64,000 bases of DNA, from contig MU054187.1 in the NCBI GenBank assembly GCA_013239625.1, forward strand, positions 21,703,280-21,767,279. The letters run 5' to 3'. Below the pieces are notes generated by a model. The model saw only the letters and a program-made list of their open reading frames with translations, had not been told where the DNA came from and searched no databases. Each line of letters opens with the position of its first letter. The stretch's first letter is position 1. Origin of the DNA: Lama guanicoe (taxonomy: Eukaryota). The position numbers were made by a program, and so were the translations under genes. This document shows, piece after piece, positions 62,867 to 64,000 of this stretch.

Positions 62867-63064
62867 GTCCTATTCATTGGAATCAATTTTTCCCTATTGC
62901 TGATGGGGATCAGCAGTCTCCGATTGAGATTAAAACCAAAGAAGTGAAATATGACTCTTCCCTCCGACCTCTTGGTATCAAGTATGATGCAAGCTCAGCC
63001 AAAATCATCAGTAATAGTGGCCATTCCTTCTGTGTTGACTTTGATGACACAGAGGACAAATCAG
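62867..63064 (+). CDS. CA13: Carbonic anhydrase 13 exon 2 (PIHWNQFFPIADGDQQSPIEIKTKEVKYDSSLRPLGIKYDASSAKIISNSGHSFCVDFDDTEDKS); the gene continues beyond the window
   Basis: aaag|GT ... TCAG|gttggc; QSPI and GHSF motifs; near-identical to recalled human CA13. Confidence 0.95.
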
Positions 63065-63173
63065 GTTGGCTTTTTTTTTTTTTTGGTGGGGGGTGAGGGG
63101 CTTGGGTAATTGGACGGCACGTTCTTACTTTCATGTTTGAGATACCTATGCACTGTATGTTCCAAATTAGTAT

Positions 63174-63324
63174 TTTTTTTTTTAGTTTTTTTTTTTTGAG
63201 AGGGGAAGGTAATTAGGTTTGCTTATTTAATTTTTTTCTTAATGGAAGCACTGGGGATTGAACCCAGGACCTCGTGCACGCTAAGCAGGTGCTCTACGAC
63301 TTGAGCTATACTTTCCTTCCCCCC
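63174..63324 (-). mobile_element. vic-1-like SINE
   Basis: ggtaattaggtttg...ctggggattgaacccaggacctcgtgcacgctaagc...gagctatac. Confidence 0.85.
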
Positions 63325-64000
63325 TTATTAATATTTTGCTAGAGCTTATAATAGAAGTTTTGTTTGATTCCTTCATGAAATAATGTCTTTTGCACTGGGA
63401 ATAAATAATGGGCTAACCAAAAAAACCTAGTTTATTTTGTTAATTTAATAACTGAATGAGGTAGAAAAGAGCATTTCTTTAAAATGAACATTCACTCTTT
63501 CTTCAAGCATATGTCCTGCTCAAGGAATAGATAATATCAAGTTTAAAAGTAAGATGACAGAAACAATTAGAATCATATTTTGGAATACTCTTTAAGGCTT
63601 TTGACGAATTATTTTTTTATTTAGTCTCATATTAGTATGATGCTGTATTTATTCTATTAATGAAAAATATAGTTAAATTATAAAAATCTTTAATCAGAAG
63701 AAAGTTTTCACTTACTCATTAAGCTCAGATTTAGCTTAGTAATAATATCTTGTGTTTAGGTAATGCTCTGTTGTTAGCAAAAATTAGAAGCCCGTTGCAT
63801 TTCTTCTTCATATTTGTTTAATTCATAAAAGTGATCCATTTTCATCAGAACATTATAAAAATGCTTAAAGAAAGTTTAACACATGGTATTTTTCCCTTTT
63901 TGGGGGAGGGCAAACTTCACTTTTTCCATGTATTTAATTGTCTTTCCTTCAAAGCCCTCCGTTTTGTGAATCTGTGTTAATAGATATAGTTGTTAATAGA

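Overview
This is mammalian genomic DNA, almost certainly from a camelid: it carries five copies of a tRNA-derived SINE that matches my recollection of camelid vic-1. The gene order matches the conserved LRRCC1-E2F5-RBIS(C8orf59)-CA13 block. The window holds the last two LRRCC1 coding exons (+), an 8-exon E2F5 (+) with a minor-spliceosome AT-AC intron, a complete 100-aa RBIS (-) abutting E2F5 tail-to-tail, and CA13 exons 1-2 (+). The rest is intronic or intergenic sequence rich in L1, L2, MIR, MaLR/ERV LTRs and hAT MERs. Most notable: (1) E2F5 exon 1 has no ATG and lacks about 46 N-terminal codons (assembly gap, real deletion or non-AUG start); (2) an ~18.6-bp-periodic array of about 12 GC/CACCC boxes at the RBIS promoter; (3) crossed E2F5/RBIS poly(A) signals; (4) an unexplained 46-bp element duplicated on both sides of E2F5 exon 5; (5) Cys at active-site position 67 of CA13; (6) chained palindromes and perfect tandem duplications. 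I found no prokaryote-type system such as CRISPR and cannot support a wholly novel gene system. Gene identities rest on recalled human/mouse orthologue sequences. Repeat family names and borders were assigned by eye and are approximate.
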